Positions 31,735 to 41,542 of a DNA stretch of 64,000 nucleotides are shown here, piece by piece. Below the pieces are notes generated by a model. It was not told the DNA's origin, made no database searches, and worked only from the letters and a program-made list of their open reading frames with translations. Position 1 is the stretch's first letter. Every line of letters starts with the position of its first letter. Source of the DNA: Phormidesmis sp. (lineage in GTDB: Bacteria; Cyanobacteriota; Cyanobacteriia; Leptolyngbyales; Leptolyngbyaceae); contig CBDFJR010000002.1 in assembly GCA_965248535.1 (NCBI GenBank), positions 2,176,001-2,240,000 on the forward strand, given 5' to 3'. Position numbers and translations under genes: made by a program.

Positions 31735-31873
31735 TAACGCCGTAGAGCATTCGCGCAGAGTCTTCATGCCGCGTTCTAGTGTAGGCTGTTGCCTAATTCA
31801 ACCGAGAAATATTTGAAGATTTACGAGTTTATTCGTCACAAATAAGCGTGTGTGCAATGTTCCACGCAATCAG

Positions 31874-33841
31874 CTAACAAATGCGATCGCGCCCTTCGCT
31901 CTTGGCTCGATAGAGGGCTTGGTCTACCTGCATCAGCAATTGTTCTGGGGCAGTTTCCTCGCTAGGGATCAGACTGGCAACCCCAAAACTGACCGTCACA
32001 AAATGGCTCACTTCAGACCGTTGATGGGGTCGCGCTAAGTCTCGAATGTGAGATTGAATCGCGATCGCCACCTCTCTAGCTCCTGCCAAATCAGTGTTGG
32101 GTAACAGCACCGCAAACTCTTCGCCCCCATAGCGAGCAGCCAAATCAGAAGGACGGCGCACCGCCGCAGCAATGGCACTAGACACATGGCACAGACAATC
32201 GTCGCCCACCTGGTGCCCATAGGTATCGTTATATTGTTTGAAATAATCAATATCACAGAGAATCAACGACAGCGGCAATTGATCGCGTTTCATTCTCTGC
32301 CATTCTTGCATTAGCCGCTCATCAAACCGTCGTCGATTAGCAATTTGAGTCAGCCCATCTAAATAAGCTAGACGCTGAAGCTCTTGATTAGCTGCTTGAA
32401 GAGCCACCTCAGCCGCCGCCCGATGTTCAATTTCCTGCTGAAGCGCTTGAGTCCGATCGCTCACATTTTGTTCTAACAATCGCGAATAATCTTCAAGCTG
32501 TTGACGAGACTGCTGGATTTCTTGACTCATTTGGTTAAACAAGACCGCCAACGTAAACAACTCGCGAATCCCTGAAACCTGCACCTGATGTCTAAAATCG
32601 CCCTGAGCAATCTTTTGACTCGCTTGACTCAACCCTCTAATCGATTTAACCAGCCAATGACTGATCAACGTGTTCAAAATAATCACCCCTGTGAGGGCCG
32701 TGACACAGAGCCAGATGGTTGCTTGGGTTCCCTCATGAATTTGAGACATTACATCTGACGCGGGCACCACAATCACGATCAGCCAATCTAGACCGGGCTT
32801 CTGTGAAAAAGGCACCACTTGAACAAAATGGGATTGTTGGTCGAGGTTGTAACGGATAGTTTTCTGCTCCTGAATGGTGGCAAAATCACTAAATTGTTCA
32901 CGCAACGATCGGGCAGTTTCTCTAATCAATGGGGTCTTGCTATGCAGCACATTGACCCGGCGTGGTGATTGACCCGGAACCTTGCGGAAGGGCGGCTCTT
33001 GGCTAGAACTGGCCACCAACAACCCCGGTGCCTCTAATTCGTTGCGCGATCGCTCAATCAAAAACGTCATTCCTGAAGGACTAACGGGGTTTTGCGCCAA
33101 AAAGGTTTGAATGCCCAACAGTGAAATATCAGAAGCACTCACCCCGATGAATGTTCCGGCCCGATCGTAGAGGGGTTGACTGGCGGCAATAAACACAGTT
33201 CCCGGCGTAAAGCCCGGATAGATACTTGTCCAGATTGCTGTTTTGGCAGCAACCGCTTCTTTATACCACGGGCGGGTTCGAGCATCAAAAATGGGTTGCT
33301 CTACTCTGAGTAGATCAGTAAGCATTCCTTGTTCATTAGTGTCATAGTAAGTGCCGTAGTAGTGCGTCGATCGGTTGGAGACTGAGAACTGTAGATTTTG
33401 ATGCTCTCCGGGCCGCCAAACTCCAAGGCTGCTACCATCTTGTTCAGCCCCTAGGGTAACCCACGTCAGGTTACTAAACAACTGCATTTGCTGCCAGAGA
33501 TATTGTTCTCTTTGCCGATCGGGTCGATTGAAGTCTAGCCTCAAATCACCTCGACGAATTGCATCACTGTTGAGTTGATTTGCCAAGTGAGCAGTCATCA
33601 GATAACTGGTTAGTTTTTGTTCAATCCGCTTGCTAAACTCGTTCATAAGTTGGTTGGTTAAATCTTCCACCGATCGCTGTCCATTGCGATAAGAGAGATA
33701 ACCCACACACCCAACAACCGTCACAACTTGCACAATAAACGGCACGATCAGCATCCAAGGCAGAGAAATTTTCCAACCGGATTTCTGCCCTTCTTTTGAT
33801 GGTCTACTGACCTCACCAGCGCGATTTCTATGAATATTCAA
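31874..33841 (-). CDS. Membrane diguanylate cyclase (Cache-HAMP-GGDEF)
   Basis: Two TM segments, DARTRPWY Cache motif, DGLTQIANRR, RYGGEEF. Confidence 0.92.
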   Translation of the reverse strand: MNIHRNRAGEVSRPSKEGQKSGWKISLPWMLIVPFIVQVVTVVGCVGYLSYRNGQRSVEDLTNQLMNEFSKRIEQKLTSYLMTAHLANQLNSDAIRRGDLRLDFNRPDRQREQYLWQQMQLFSNLTWVTLGAEQDGSSLGVWRPGEHQNLQFSVSNRSTHYYGTYYDTNEQGMLTDLLRVEQPIFDARTRPWYKEAVAAKTAIWTSIYPGFTPGTVFIAASQPLYDRAGTFIGVSASDISLLGIQTFLAQNPVSPSGMTFLIERSRNELEAPGLLVASSSQEPPFRKVPGQSPRRVNVLHSKTPLIRETARSLREQFSDFATIQEQKTIRYNLDQQSHFVQVVPFSQKPGLDWLIVIVVPASDVMSQIHEGTQATIWLCVTALTGVIILNTLISHWLVKSIRGLSQASQKIAQGDFRHQVQVSGIRELFTLAVLFNQMSQEIQQSRQQLEDYSRLLEQNVSDRTQALQQEIEHRAAAEVALQAANQELQRLAYLDGLTQIANRRRFDERLMQEWQRMKRDQLPLSLILCDIDYFKQYNDTYGHQVGDDCLCHVSSAIAAAVRRPSDLAARYGGEEFAVLLPNTDLAGAREVAIAIQSHIRDLARPHQRSEVSHFVTVSFGVASLIPSEETAPEQLLMQVDQALYRAKSEGRDRIC

Positions 33842-34570
33842 AGGTTTTCATCAGGTTAAACCATTCAAATCTAGTTAATTTTTTAGACAATGTAAAAAAT
33901 TAACTATGTTCGACTATTCTAGATTCTGAGTTGCCAAACTTGAACGTTGAGCCTATAGAAATTAGCGACGGTGAACTAACCAGCCAAGTGGAACAGATAT
34001 AGCCTGTGCAGGCAGAAGACAGGCTCCGTCAATCATTTGAGGCTGGCATATAAGCTGTGGGACTTCCCGATCGTCAGTCAAATTTACCGACTATTCAGGG
34101 TGCTCAACAGAAACCTTAGGTAATAGTTAGATAATGGTTTAGTTAAGCTATGGTTAAGGCATTTGAACTTACCAATTGCGGCAGATCTTAAAACAGCAAT
34201 CCTAAAACTGCCTAAAGGTGTTGTAGCGCTTAGACAGTCGCAGAAAAGTGAAGGCAATCGTAAAAAGGTCATCATGCAAAAAGCCTCTGGACGTCTTGCC
34301 GTGTTTCGACTCCAGAGGCTTTTCGATTCGATTTGCTCCTCACACCTCTATACTATGCAGCACTCGACCGAATTTGTCTACTTTTTGATGTGACAGATCT
34401 CAAATTGGCTCAGGTGTTTGATCTCCACTCTTTGAGAATGGCAACGCTGCTGAGGCTCGATCGCCGATCAACTCCCCTAGAACTGACCAAACAAAAATCT
34501 TCCTGCTCAGAGAAATTAACTCAGGCTACAACTATTATTTGAGTGTAGGTGTTCCTTCAGGGGCAAATGT

Positions 34571-35221
34571 ATGAACCCGATTGAGTTTCCCGCCCTCCGC
34601 ATTTTGATCATAGAAGATGATCCCATGATGCAGCTAGGTTTAGAACAATCGCTTGAAGACTATCCTCAACTGACGATCGTAGGTCAAGCAACCGATGGAT
34701 ATCTGGGCGTTGAGGCGGCTCTCAGGCTAAAACCAGACCTGATCGTGATGGATATCGGTCTGCCCCGCATGGATGGCATCGCGGCCACTCAGCAGATCAA
34801 AGCAGCGTTACCCAATGTTCGGGTCGTGATGCTCACCTCTCACACCGCAGAAACTGAAATTATTGCCGCCCTCTCTAGCGGTGCAGATGCCTATTGCATC
34901 AAAGGCTCTGACATCAATCGACTGCTTGCAGCCATATCGGCGGCCCAAGAAGGAGCTACCTATTTAGATCCCCAGATCGCCCGCCGAGTCGTAGAGCACC
35001 TCAAGCCTCCCTCTGCGGCCACTAACATTGGGCAACTTTCGCCACGAGAGCTAGAGGTCTTAAAATTAATGGTCGAAGGCTGTAGCAATCCTGAAATTGC
35101 AACCGCGCTCTACCTCAGCCCCAATACGATTAAGACGCACATTCGCGGCATTATGAATAAGCTCTCAGTCGATGATCGGGTGCAGGCGGCTGTGGTTGCG
35201 CTGCGAGCAGGGTTAGTCTAA
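34571..35221 (+). CDS. NarL/LuxR-family response regulator
   Basis: REC domain + LSPRELEVL...GCSN.EIA..L..S..T.KTH HTH. Confidence 0.93.
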   Translation: MNPIEFPALRILIIEDDPMMQLGLEQSLEDYPQLTIVGQATDGYLGVEAALRLKPDLIVMDIGLPRMDGIAATQQIKAALPNVRVVMLTSHTAETEIIAALSSGADAYCIKGSDINRLLAAISAAQEGATYLDPQIARRVVEHLKPPSAATNIGQLSPRELEVLKLMVEGCSNPEIATALYLSPNTIKTHIRGIMNKLSVDDRVQAAVVALRAGLV

Positions 35222-36376
35222 GCCGCGATCGGGCCGTTCAAAACGAGATCAAAACGAGGAACGATCGCTAACCATGATGCGTCTCTTGACCCTACCATCG
35301 CTGTTCTTTCACGATCAAAGCTCGGCTCATAACCTCAAAATCTCAACGGACTCGATCAATCGCTAAACCTTAGATTTAGTCAATTAGAGCACAAGTTTAT
35401 AGGCAAAATGACTCAACGATCGAGCACCAAAATCCTCAATTTAATCAGAGAGCAGGTGTCTGCTATAAACGCATAGATTAGAGCAAGCGTCAATATTCAT
35501 CAGCATTTCTGCGAAAAGCAACCATTTTAGAAAACTAGCGTTTTGAGAAACGTTGCTAACGCGCCGATTCCTAATCTTCGTGAGCGTTAAAGATGGGTGA
35601 GCCAGCCACGATCGGACTGCAAACGCCCTCTCTCGGCACAATGCAAGTTTTTATCAAACGAAAGTCCATCTTTCTCTAATCAGAGCTATAATGACATCTC
35701 GATTATTCTACGAAAAAGTGAAGCAGCCGCGAAAAACTTTTTTGCTAGCGAAAAAAATCTGTTAAGAAAATGACTAACAATTCAGAAGCTTCTGTTAGAA
35801 CGAGCGGTAACTGTAAATCCTTTACTAATTCGCAATAAGAAAAGTAAATCAGCAAGATTTGCAAATGTCATCATAATTTACTTTCTCACCCACAAATTAA
35901 GAAATCATCATTAGAATGAAGTTGTATGATTAAAAAGTGGTTGAGCAAGTTATGAGGAGTAGATGCTCAAGTTAAGCGCAGTTTCATCTGAGACACACTG
36001 TGTTTATGTCAATTAGACATCTGTGTCGCATTTTGCCGATAAGGTGATGAAAGTCTTGGTGCTTGAGCACCTTTTCCCGGTTCGCCTGACCCTAACCCCG
36101 CGTTGTCTTAGTGAAACGCCAACCTATTGAGAAGTGCCATAAACTGGCCTTTCTGAAGGGCTTGGTTGTCCATTCACTTTGTAAACGTCACTCAACGATC
36201 GTGCTCTATGGTTTCACTGCAATTTTTCACGCTCAGGGTAATTTAACCCTTTTGAAGGAAGGCAAACCTAGAGGTGCAACTGCTAACGTTAGGGTGCTTC
36301 ATTCTCCTGGTCTGACTGTTCCCTTCTTCAAGCCATCAGAGTTACGTCGTTTTGCCATATGCCTGGATTGAGACAG

Positions 36377-36760
36377 ATGAAATTTGAGGATATTTACCAA
36401 TTTTTTAAAGACCCACCACCCTTTTATCTCAACAAAGAGTTGGCGGTATGCTACGTTCTTGCAGTTCTCTTGCGGGACGATTCTTACGGAACTGAACTGA
36501 TCCAATTATTGGAATCAGAACATCCCCTCTATCGTCTTTCAGACACGGTGCTCTACAGCGCCCTCAAGTTTCTTGAAGACGAAGAGATGGTCACAGGCTA
36601 TTGGAAAAAAGTAGAGGGCAGAGGTCGCCCTCGCCGGATGTATCAGATCCGGTCTGAGGCAATGCCTCAAGCACAAGACCTGGCCAGGCTTTGGCAAGAT
36701 TATGCCGTCAAGCGTGATCACCCCAGTCAAATGCCTCAAGCCAGTGGCTCAGAGCGATAA
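36377..36760 (+). CDS. pex: PadR-family circadian regulator Pex
   Basis: MKFEDIYQFF..PPP.YL.KELAVCY.L..L....SYGTELIQ......YRLSDTVLY.AL.FLE...GRGRPRRMY. Confidence 0.85.
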   Translation: MKFEDIYQFFKDPPPFYLNKELAVCYVLAVLLRDDSYGTELIQLLESEHPLYRLSDTVLYSALKFLEDEEMVTGYWKKVEGRGRPRRMYQIRSEAMPQAQDLARLWQDYAVKRDHPSQMPQASGSER

Positions 36761-36837
36761 ACTATCCAGGTTCTAAAAGTTATCCATTGTTGACTAAACT
36801 GGAGGAGACAGGACGCTTTTACAACCTGGCTGATTTA

Positions 36838-37365
36838 ATGATTACCTCGGTCATTCCCTCTACTTTTTTTCTGACCATTTTGATGACGATCGGGCTGGTC
36901 TTTTTCATTAAAGCATCCGTCAAAGATCGAACTCAGGTGCTCAAACTGACCTCTGACCAATCAGAAGTCTCTCTGTTAACTCAACTGCGGCAATATTTTG
37001 ATCAGCGCGCTTATCGCGTCACATCACTAGATGCCGCCCAGAATGAAGTCACCTTTGAGGGCAGAGTGCGCCCTAGCCTGTTTATGGCAGGCTTTTTAGT
37101 TTCGATGGCGGCAACCGGGGCCCTGTGCCTCGTCTTGATGTTGTCTTACCTACTTCCAGATCAGTCTAAACTTTGGCTGAGTCTACTGCTCCTGTCTCCC
37201 TTGGCAGGAGTATTTTATTGGCAAGGGGCCGGGCGATCGGAGCAAGTCTCCCTCAAAATCGAGTCGGTGCCTGATGCAGCGAGCAAAAGCCTGATTACCG
37301 TCACTGCCCACCGCGACGAGCTGGCAGCGCTACAGCGCGTTTTAGGATTAAAAACGGTCGCCTAA
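36838..37365 (+). CDS. Cofactor assembly of complex C subunit B (Ccb1-like)
   Basis: STFFLT.L..IGL.FFIKASVKDRT...FEG.VRPS...AHRDEL. Confidence 0.82.
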   Translation: MITSVIPSTFFLTILMTIGLVFFIKASVKDRTQVLKLTSDQSEVSLLTQLRQYFDQRAYRVTSLDAAQNEVTFEGRVRPSLFMAGFLVSMAATGALCLVLMLSYLLPDQSKLWLSLLLLSPLAGVFYWQGAGRSEQVSLKIESVPDAASKSLITVTAHRDELAALQRVLGLKTVA

Positions 37366-37378
37366 CCATCTTGTTGAG

Positions 37379-37414
37379 AAGCCCCTTCAAGGTTCTCAGC
37401 TTGAGGGGGCTTTT
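37379..37414 (+). terminator. Rho-independent terminator
   Basis: AAGCCCCTTCAAG-loop-CTTGAGGGGGCTT followed by TT. Confidence 0.75.
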
Positions 37415-37647
37415 GATGAGACAGACTGTGCAGAACTAACCCAACGAACTATCTCTAGCCTGAGACAGATTTTAACGATCGTTCTCAGACTTTACAATCA
37501 TCCGAAGCGCAGTTCTGCCTACTGATACCTACTGAGTGAATCAACCGTTTACTCAGCTTAATCAGCACTTTAACCGTTTCCCATGACGTTCAACCGATCA
37601 AAGCGACAGTCTGGCTAAACGAGGGAGGAGAGGGAGGATGCTGATCT

Positions 37648-37965
37648 CTAATGACTCTTTGGAGAAGCCCCAATAGGTTCTAGCTCGTCGTCGTTAGTTT
37701 TTAAACTGGGGAACAGAAAATGATTTTCTTCGACATATTGCGCCCCAAAAAGCCCCTTCTCAGCCCAGAAATACCGATCTGTGGTATGCTCGTTTCTCTT
37801 GACCAGCAACAGTGCGGGAGGAAGAATGCCTTCGGAATGAATGAACTTTCGAGCCGCCGTGACAGGTTTGTCTTCGCCACACTCGATGCTGTATTGAGGC
37901 ACATGTTCTAAGATTCTGCGCCCTTCTTGCCGCCGCCGACTCTTACGCTTACGTCTCCTTGCCAA
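37648..37965 (-). CDS. DUF3155-family protein
   Basis: TTG start, ARRRKRKSRRRQEGRRIL..VPQ...KPVTAAR...NEHTTDRYFW.EKGLF. Confidence 0.82.
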   Translation of the reverse strand: MARRRKRKSRRRQEGRRILEHVPQYSIECGEDKPVTAARKFIHSEGILPPALLLVKRNEHTTDRYFWAEKGLFGAQYVEENHFLFPSLKTNDDELEPIGASPKSH

Positions 37966-38357
37966 ACCCCTTACCTCCTTAATCTCAACTGTCAAGTTGT
38001 AGTGATCGTTACAAAAGCCGTCGCAAGTATAGCGGCTCTGGCCCCAGATATCAACTTCCCTTAACGCAACGATACAAAATTTTAAGCTTTCGGCAAGATG
38101 GCTTCAAGAGCGCACTCAGAACGCCTTAAATTGGCGCTTGCTGACCTCAAACTTATCGGCTGTAACTGCGTGTAGGGACGCTCCTAAACTATAGAATGAC
38201 ACGTTGAACGGGCAATATAGACTGACATTGAGCCAGCAGCGTTAGTCCGTTCATTGATTAAAATCTAGAGTGCTAGCGTGGAGTGATGCCGCTACTACTA
38301 ACTTACGAGGGTTCAATGCTTAAGTCAATCTTAATTTAAGCCGAGGTATCTGAGGGC

Positions 38358-39716
38358 GTGTTGATGCCGACCAGTTCAGAATTTGTAGCGTTGTGTCGAT
38401 CGCAAGTTGCTCTGCTGACTCAACTGTTGGGAGCTTCTCTGAGCGCGGTCTATTTGACTGATGAATTGGTCGAGGGCGTTGAAGCCCAGATTGTGCCAGT
38501 AGCGGCCTACCCTGAGTCGGTAGCCCTAGAAAAATCGAGTCAGTTTGTGCTGCCTCCAGCCGCTGAGGTTTTGGCTTCAACCCCTCGCCAGATCTCGGCC
38601 AGCTTGCGCGCTCCTAAACCGCTGACTGCTGCTGACAAGCCAAAGACTGGTTCTGCCGTGTCTCAGCCTCTTCAAAATCATCTGGTAGAGCAACGGCAGA
38701 TTGTGTTGCCGCTAATTCATGAAGGGATGGTTTTGGGTCTGTTAGTGACTGAGCGCAGCGATCGCCCGTGGACGACGTGGGAACGTAGCCAGATTGAGCG
38801 AGTGGCTGCCACGATCGCCCTCGCCTGCGTGATGGATCAACGCGCTCAGTGGCTAGAGCAAACTCGCCGTCAGCAGAGACTTTTGCAGAATGAGCAGCAT
38901 GACGTTCTAGATAATTTGCTGCATCAGTTTAAAAATCCTCTGACGGCACTTCGCACCTTTGGCAAGCTTTTATTAAGGCGCTTGCGACCTGAAGACTCTA
39001 ATCGAGAAGTCGCAACCAGCGTTGTGCGAGAGAGCGATCGCTTACAAGATCTCTTGCAGCAGTTCGATCGGGCTATTGATCTAGAAGAGATAGACCTGAT
39101 ATCAGTGGAGGTTGGTGAAGACCCGCTATCTGGGGTCGATCGACCGATTCCATTACTTCCGGCGGGAGTTTTGACGGGTTCAAGTCTGACGTTAGAAGCT
39201 TGCTCAGTCACCGAAATTTTGCAGCCCCTTTTGAAGTCGGCCGAAGCGATCGCCCAAGAAGAAGACTTAGCAATCCGAGAATCGATTTCAGCCAATTTGC
39301 CGTTGGTGTGGGCAAATCAGGGGGCGCTGCGCGAGGTGTTGAGCAATTTGATTGACAATGCGCTCAAATACACTGCGCCCGGCGGACAGGTGCATATTCG
39401 AGCCGATGCCCAAGACGATCGGGTGATTTTGCGCGTCACCAACACTGGGCACAGCATTCCACCGCAAGATCTGCCTCATTTATTTGAGCGACACTATCGC
39501 GGGGTGCAGGCAAGCACCGAGATTCCGGGGACGGGTTTGGGGCTAGCGATCGCTCGTCGCTTAGTAGAGCAAATGCACGGCGAAATTGAAGTCTTTAGCC
39601 CCATGCAAACGGGGGACTGGATCTCAGATCATTCTGACCAGCCGCCCAAAGAGCAAGGGACAACGTTTGTGGTGAAACTAGCCGTTGCGAACAGAAGGGA
39701 TGAATTAGATGCCTGA
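38358..39716 (+). CDS. GAF-domain sensor histidine kinase
   Basis: SSEFVALC.SQ N-terminus, LLHQFKNPLTAL H-box, NLIDNALKY, GTGLGL. Confidence 0.88.
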   Translation: MLMPTSSEFVALCRSQVALLTQLLGASLSAVYLTDELVEGVEAQIVPVAAYPESVALEKSSQFVLPPAAEVLASTPRQISASLRAPKPLTAADKPKTGSAVSQPLQNHLVEQRQIVLPLIHEGMVLGLLVTERSDRPWTTWERSQIERVAATIALACVMDQRAQWLEQTRRQQRLLQNEQHDVLDNLLHQFKNPLTALRTFGKLLLRRLRPEDSNREVATSVVRESDRLQDLLQQFDRAIDLEEIDLISVEVGEDPLSGVDRPIPLLPAGVLTGSSLTLEACSVTEILQPLLKSAEAIAQEEDLAIRESISANLPLVWANQGALREVLSNLIDNALKYTAPGGQVHIRADAQDDRVILRVTNTGHSIPPQDLPHLFERHYRGVQASTEIPGTGLGLAIARRLVEQMHGEIEVFSPMQTGDWISDHSDQPPKEQGTTFVVKLAVANRRDELDA

Positions 39717-39776
39717 TGGTTTCGTTCTTGGGGGAGGTTGTGAATTAATTAGGCTTGGTGACTGGCAGGGTCTAGG

Positions 39777-39801
39777 GGGCACGGCAGTGCCGTGCCCGTA
39801 C
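39777..39801 (-). repeat. REP-like palindrome, single copy
   Basis: GGGCACGGCAGTGCCGTGCCCGTAC between convergent genes. Confidence 0.8.
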
Positions 39802-39858
39802 TGGGTCTGCTGCGCTAGGGCGGGGGCTGGTTTTGTTTAATCCATAATCCCTGGGTGT

Positions 39859-41097
39859 CTATCGGGGCAAGACCAGATCGCTATTGAGTCGCAGATTTAG
39901 GTCAGCGTTGGGTTTGATAGAGATCAGATCAACTTTATCGCTGCCGAAGATCAAACCTGCTAGGGCACCGGCCCCTGTGCCGATCAAGACTTCTCCAGCT
40001 TTGATGTTGCGATCGCCCGTCACTGCCGAGATTCCCGCTGCGGCCGCAGAACCTAAAGCAGCATCTTTGATAATCGAGCCAACATTGGCACCGCGCCGGA
40101 CGGTTTCGGTTTCGGTAATGGCGTTAGACGTGGCCTCGATCGCGATCGGTTGACCATTGGCCACCGTCAGTTGACTCGCAACAAACTGCGCCTGACCATT
40201 GGCCACCACCAGTTGACCTGACACCTGACTGCCCGCCGGAATCAGCACGGCCCCAGTAGAGGTAACGATGTTTTGAGCCACCTCAAGGGTGATGGGGGTC
40301 GGGTTTGGCTCATTCTTAGCGAGCAAAATCTTGTCAGCTTTTGCATAGCGGAGAGGAATTGAGGTGCCCGCCGGAATTTTCACCTGCTGGGGCTGAGGCG
40401 TAACGGCCTGACCCACAATGTAGGGAGACTGAATCGCGGAAACCTGCCCAGTGCTCACCAACGCCTGATAGATAAAAGCAGCCACTTCAGCGCGGGTCGC
40501 CACCTGGTTGGGGTTGAGCAACTGCACATCGGGATAGTTGACAACAATGCGGCGTTCGGCGGCGGCGGCGATGCTGCCTCGCGCATAGCCCGGAATGTCA
40601 GCCGCGTCGCGGAAGAGTTGCAGCGTGGTGTCAGCCGGGGCCGTGCTGGCATATTGCAGCCCGTTGGCTAGAGAAACCAGCGATTGAGCGCGAGGAATGT
40701 TTTCACCGGGGCGGAAAGAACCACCGGGATAGCCTGCCAAAAAGCCGCTGGCATAAGCTGTTTGAATGGCTTCATAGCCCCAATAGCTAGTCGGAACATC
40801 GGTGAAGTTGATCGCGCTCCGAACTTTGGGCGCATTGGGAAAAGCCTGACGAATCATGGCAGCAAACTGAGCACGGGTCACTGGGTCATTGGGGCGAAAC
40901 GAGCCATCGGGGAACCCTTTGATGACATTCCGGGAGGCTAGCTCTTGAATAAAGCTACTTGCCCAATAGTTTGAAGAGACATCAGAGAAAGTAGTTTGAG
41001 CAAATGCAGGCGCAGAAATCACGATCGGAGCCGTTGCAGATGCCGTGATGCCCAAGGTGAGTAAGAGAGCAGTTCCAGACTTAAAAGCGATAGACAT
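39859..41097 (-). CDS. S-layer homology (SLH) domain protein
   Basis: Signal peptide, three SLH repeats (FSDV...YWA, GFPDGSFRP...TRAQ). Confidence 0.88.
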   Translation of the reverse strand: MSIAFKSGTALLLTLGITASATAPIVISAPAFAQTTFSDVSSNYWASSFIQELASRNVIKGFPDGSFRPNDPVTRAQFAAMIRQAFPNAPKVRSAINFTDVPTSYWGYEAIQTAYASGFLAGYPGGSFRPGENIPRAQSLVSLANGLQYASTAPADTTLQLFRDAADIPGYARGSIAAAAERRIVVNYPDVQLLNPNQVATRAEVAAFIYQALVSTGQVSAIQSPYIVGQAVTPQPQQVKIPAGTSIPLRYAKADKILLAKNEPNPTPITLEVAQNIVTSTGAVLIPAGSQVSGQLVVANGQAQFVASQLTVANGQPIAIEATSNAITETETVRRGANVGSIIKDAALGSAAAAGISAVTGDRNIKAGEVLIGTGAGALAGLIFGSDKVDLISIKPNADLNLRLNSDLVLPR

Positions 41098-41542
41098 ATG
41101 AGTCGTTCCCAACTGATTGCGTTAATTTTTAACTTGATCAAATAGACAGTGAATGGGTTAAGAAATCTTGTCATCTGACTACAGATAGATTTGTAATCTT
41201 TTCTGAAATATCGTTGTAGATTGCAGATTTTTAACGCCCACTCTGTCCACCTTTATGTATCCCAAGACCTTGGACAAAAGAGAGATGTTTCCAGAACTAT
41301 GACACTTTGAGAAGTGGTTCTAAATCAGCCTATTAATGAGGCCTTAAATGAGTTCAAATCAGCCGTCTTTGTAGATTACGAAATATTTTCGCTAAACTGG
41401 CTGCCCATCTACCGTATGATTGACAGCAAGATAGCAAAGCTAGTTTCTCCCATCATCGCTATCAAGTCTGACTCAAGCGCTCTCTGCAAGATCACTGCCC
41501 AGACTAGAATTCAGAGCACTGATTCGTCAAAAGCCCCCCCTT

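Larger units (their letters stand above)
31382..31847 (+). repeat. 46 bp direct repeat of the glgA 3' end (31382-31427 and 31802-31847) flanking a 374 bp insert
   Basis: CCGAG(G/A)AATATTTGAAGATTTACGAGTTTATTCGTCACAAATAAGC, one mismatch. Confidence 0.95.

Noticed and set aside
36250..36300. c-di-GMP-I riboswitch upstream of pex (GGCAAAC motif)
   Set aside because: Lacks the GAAA tetraloop and the GGACGCAAAG segment; only the first 7 nt match.
34084..36505. Short ORFs in the regions upstream of the NarL regulator and pex
   Set aside because: No recognisable motifs or RBS, and they overlap in conflicting frames; likely spurious.
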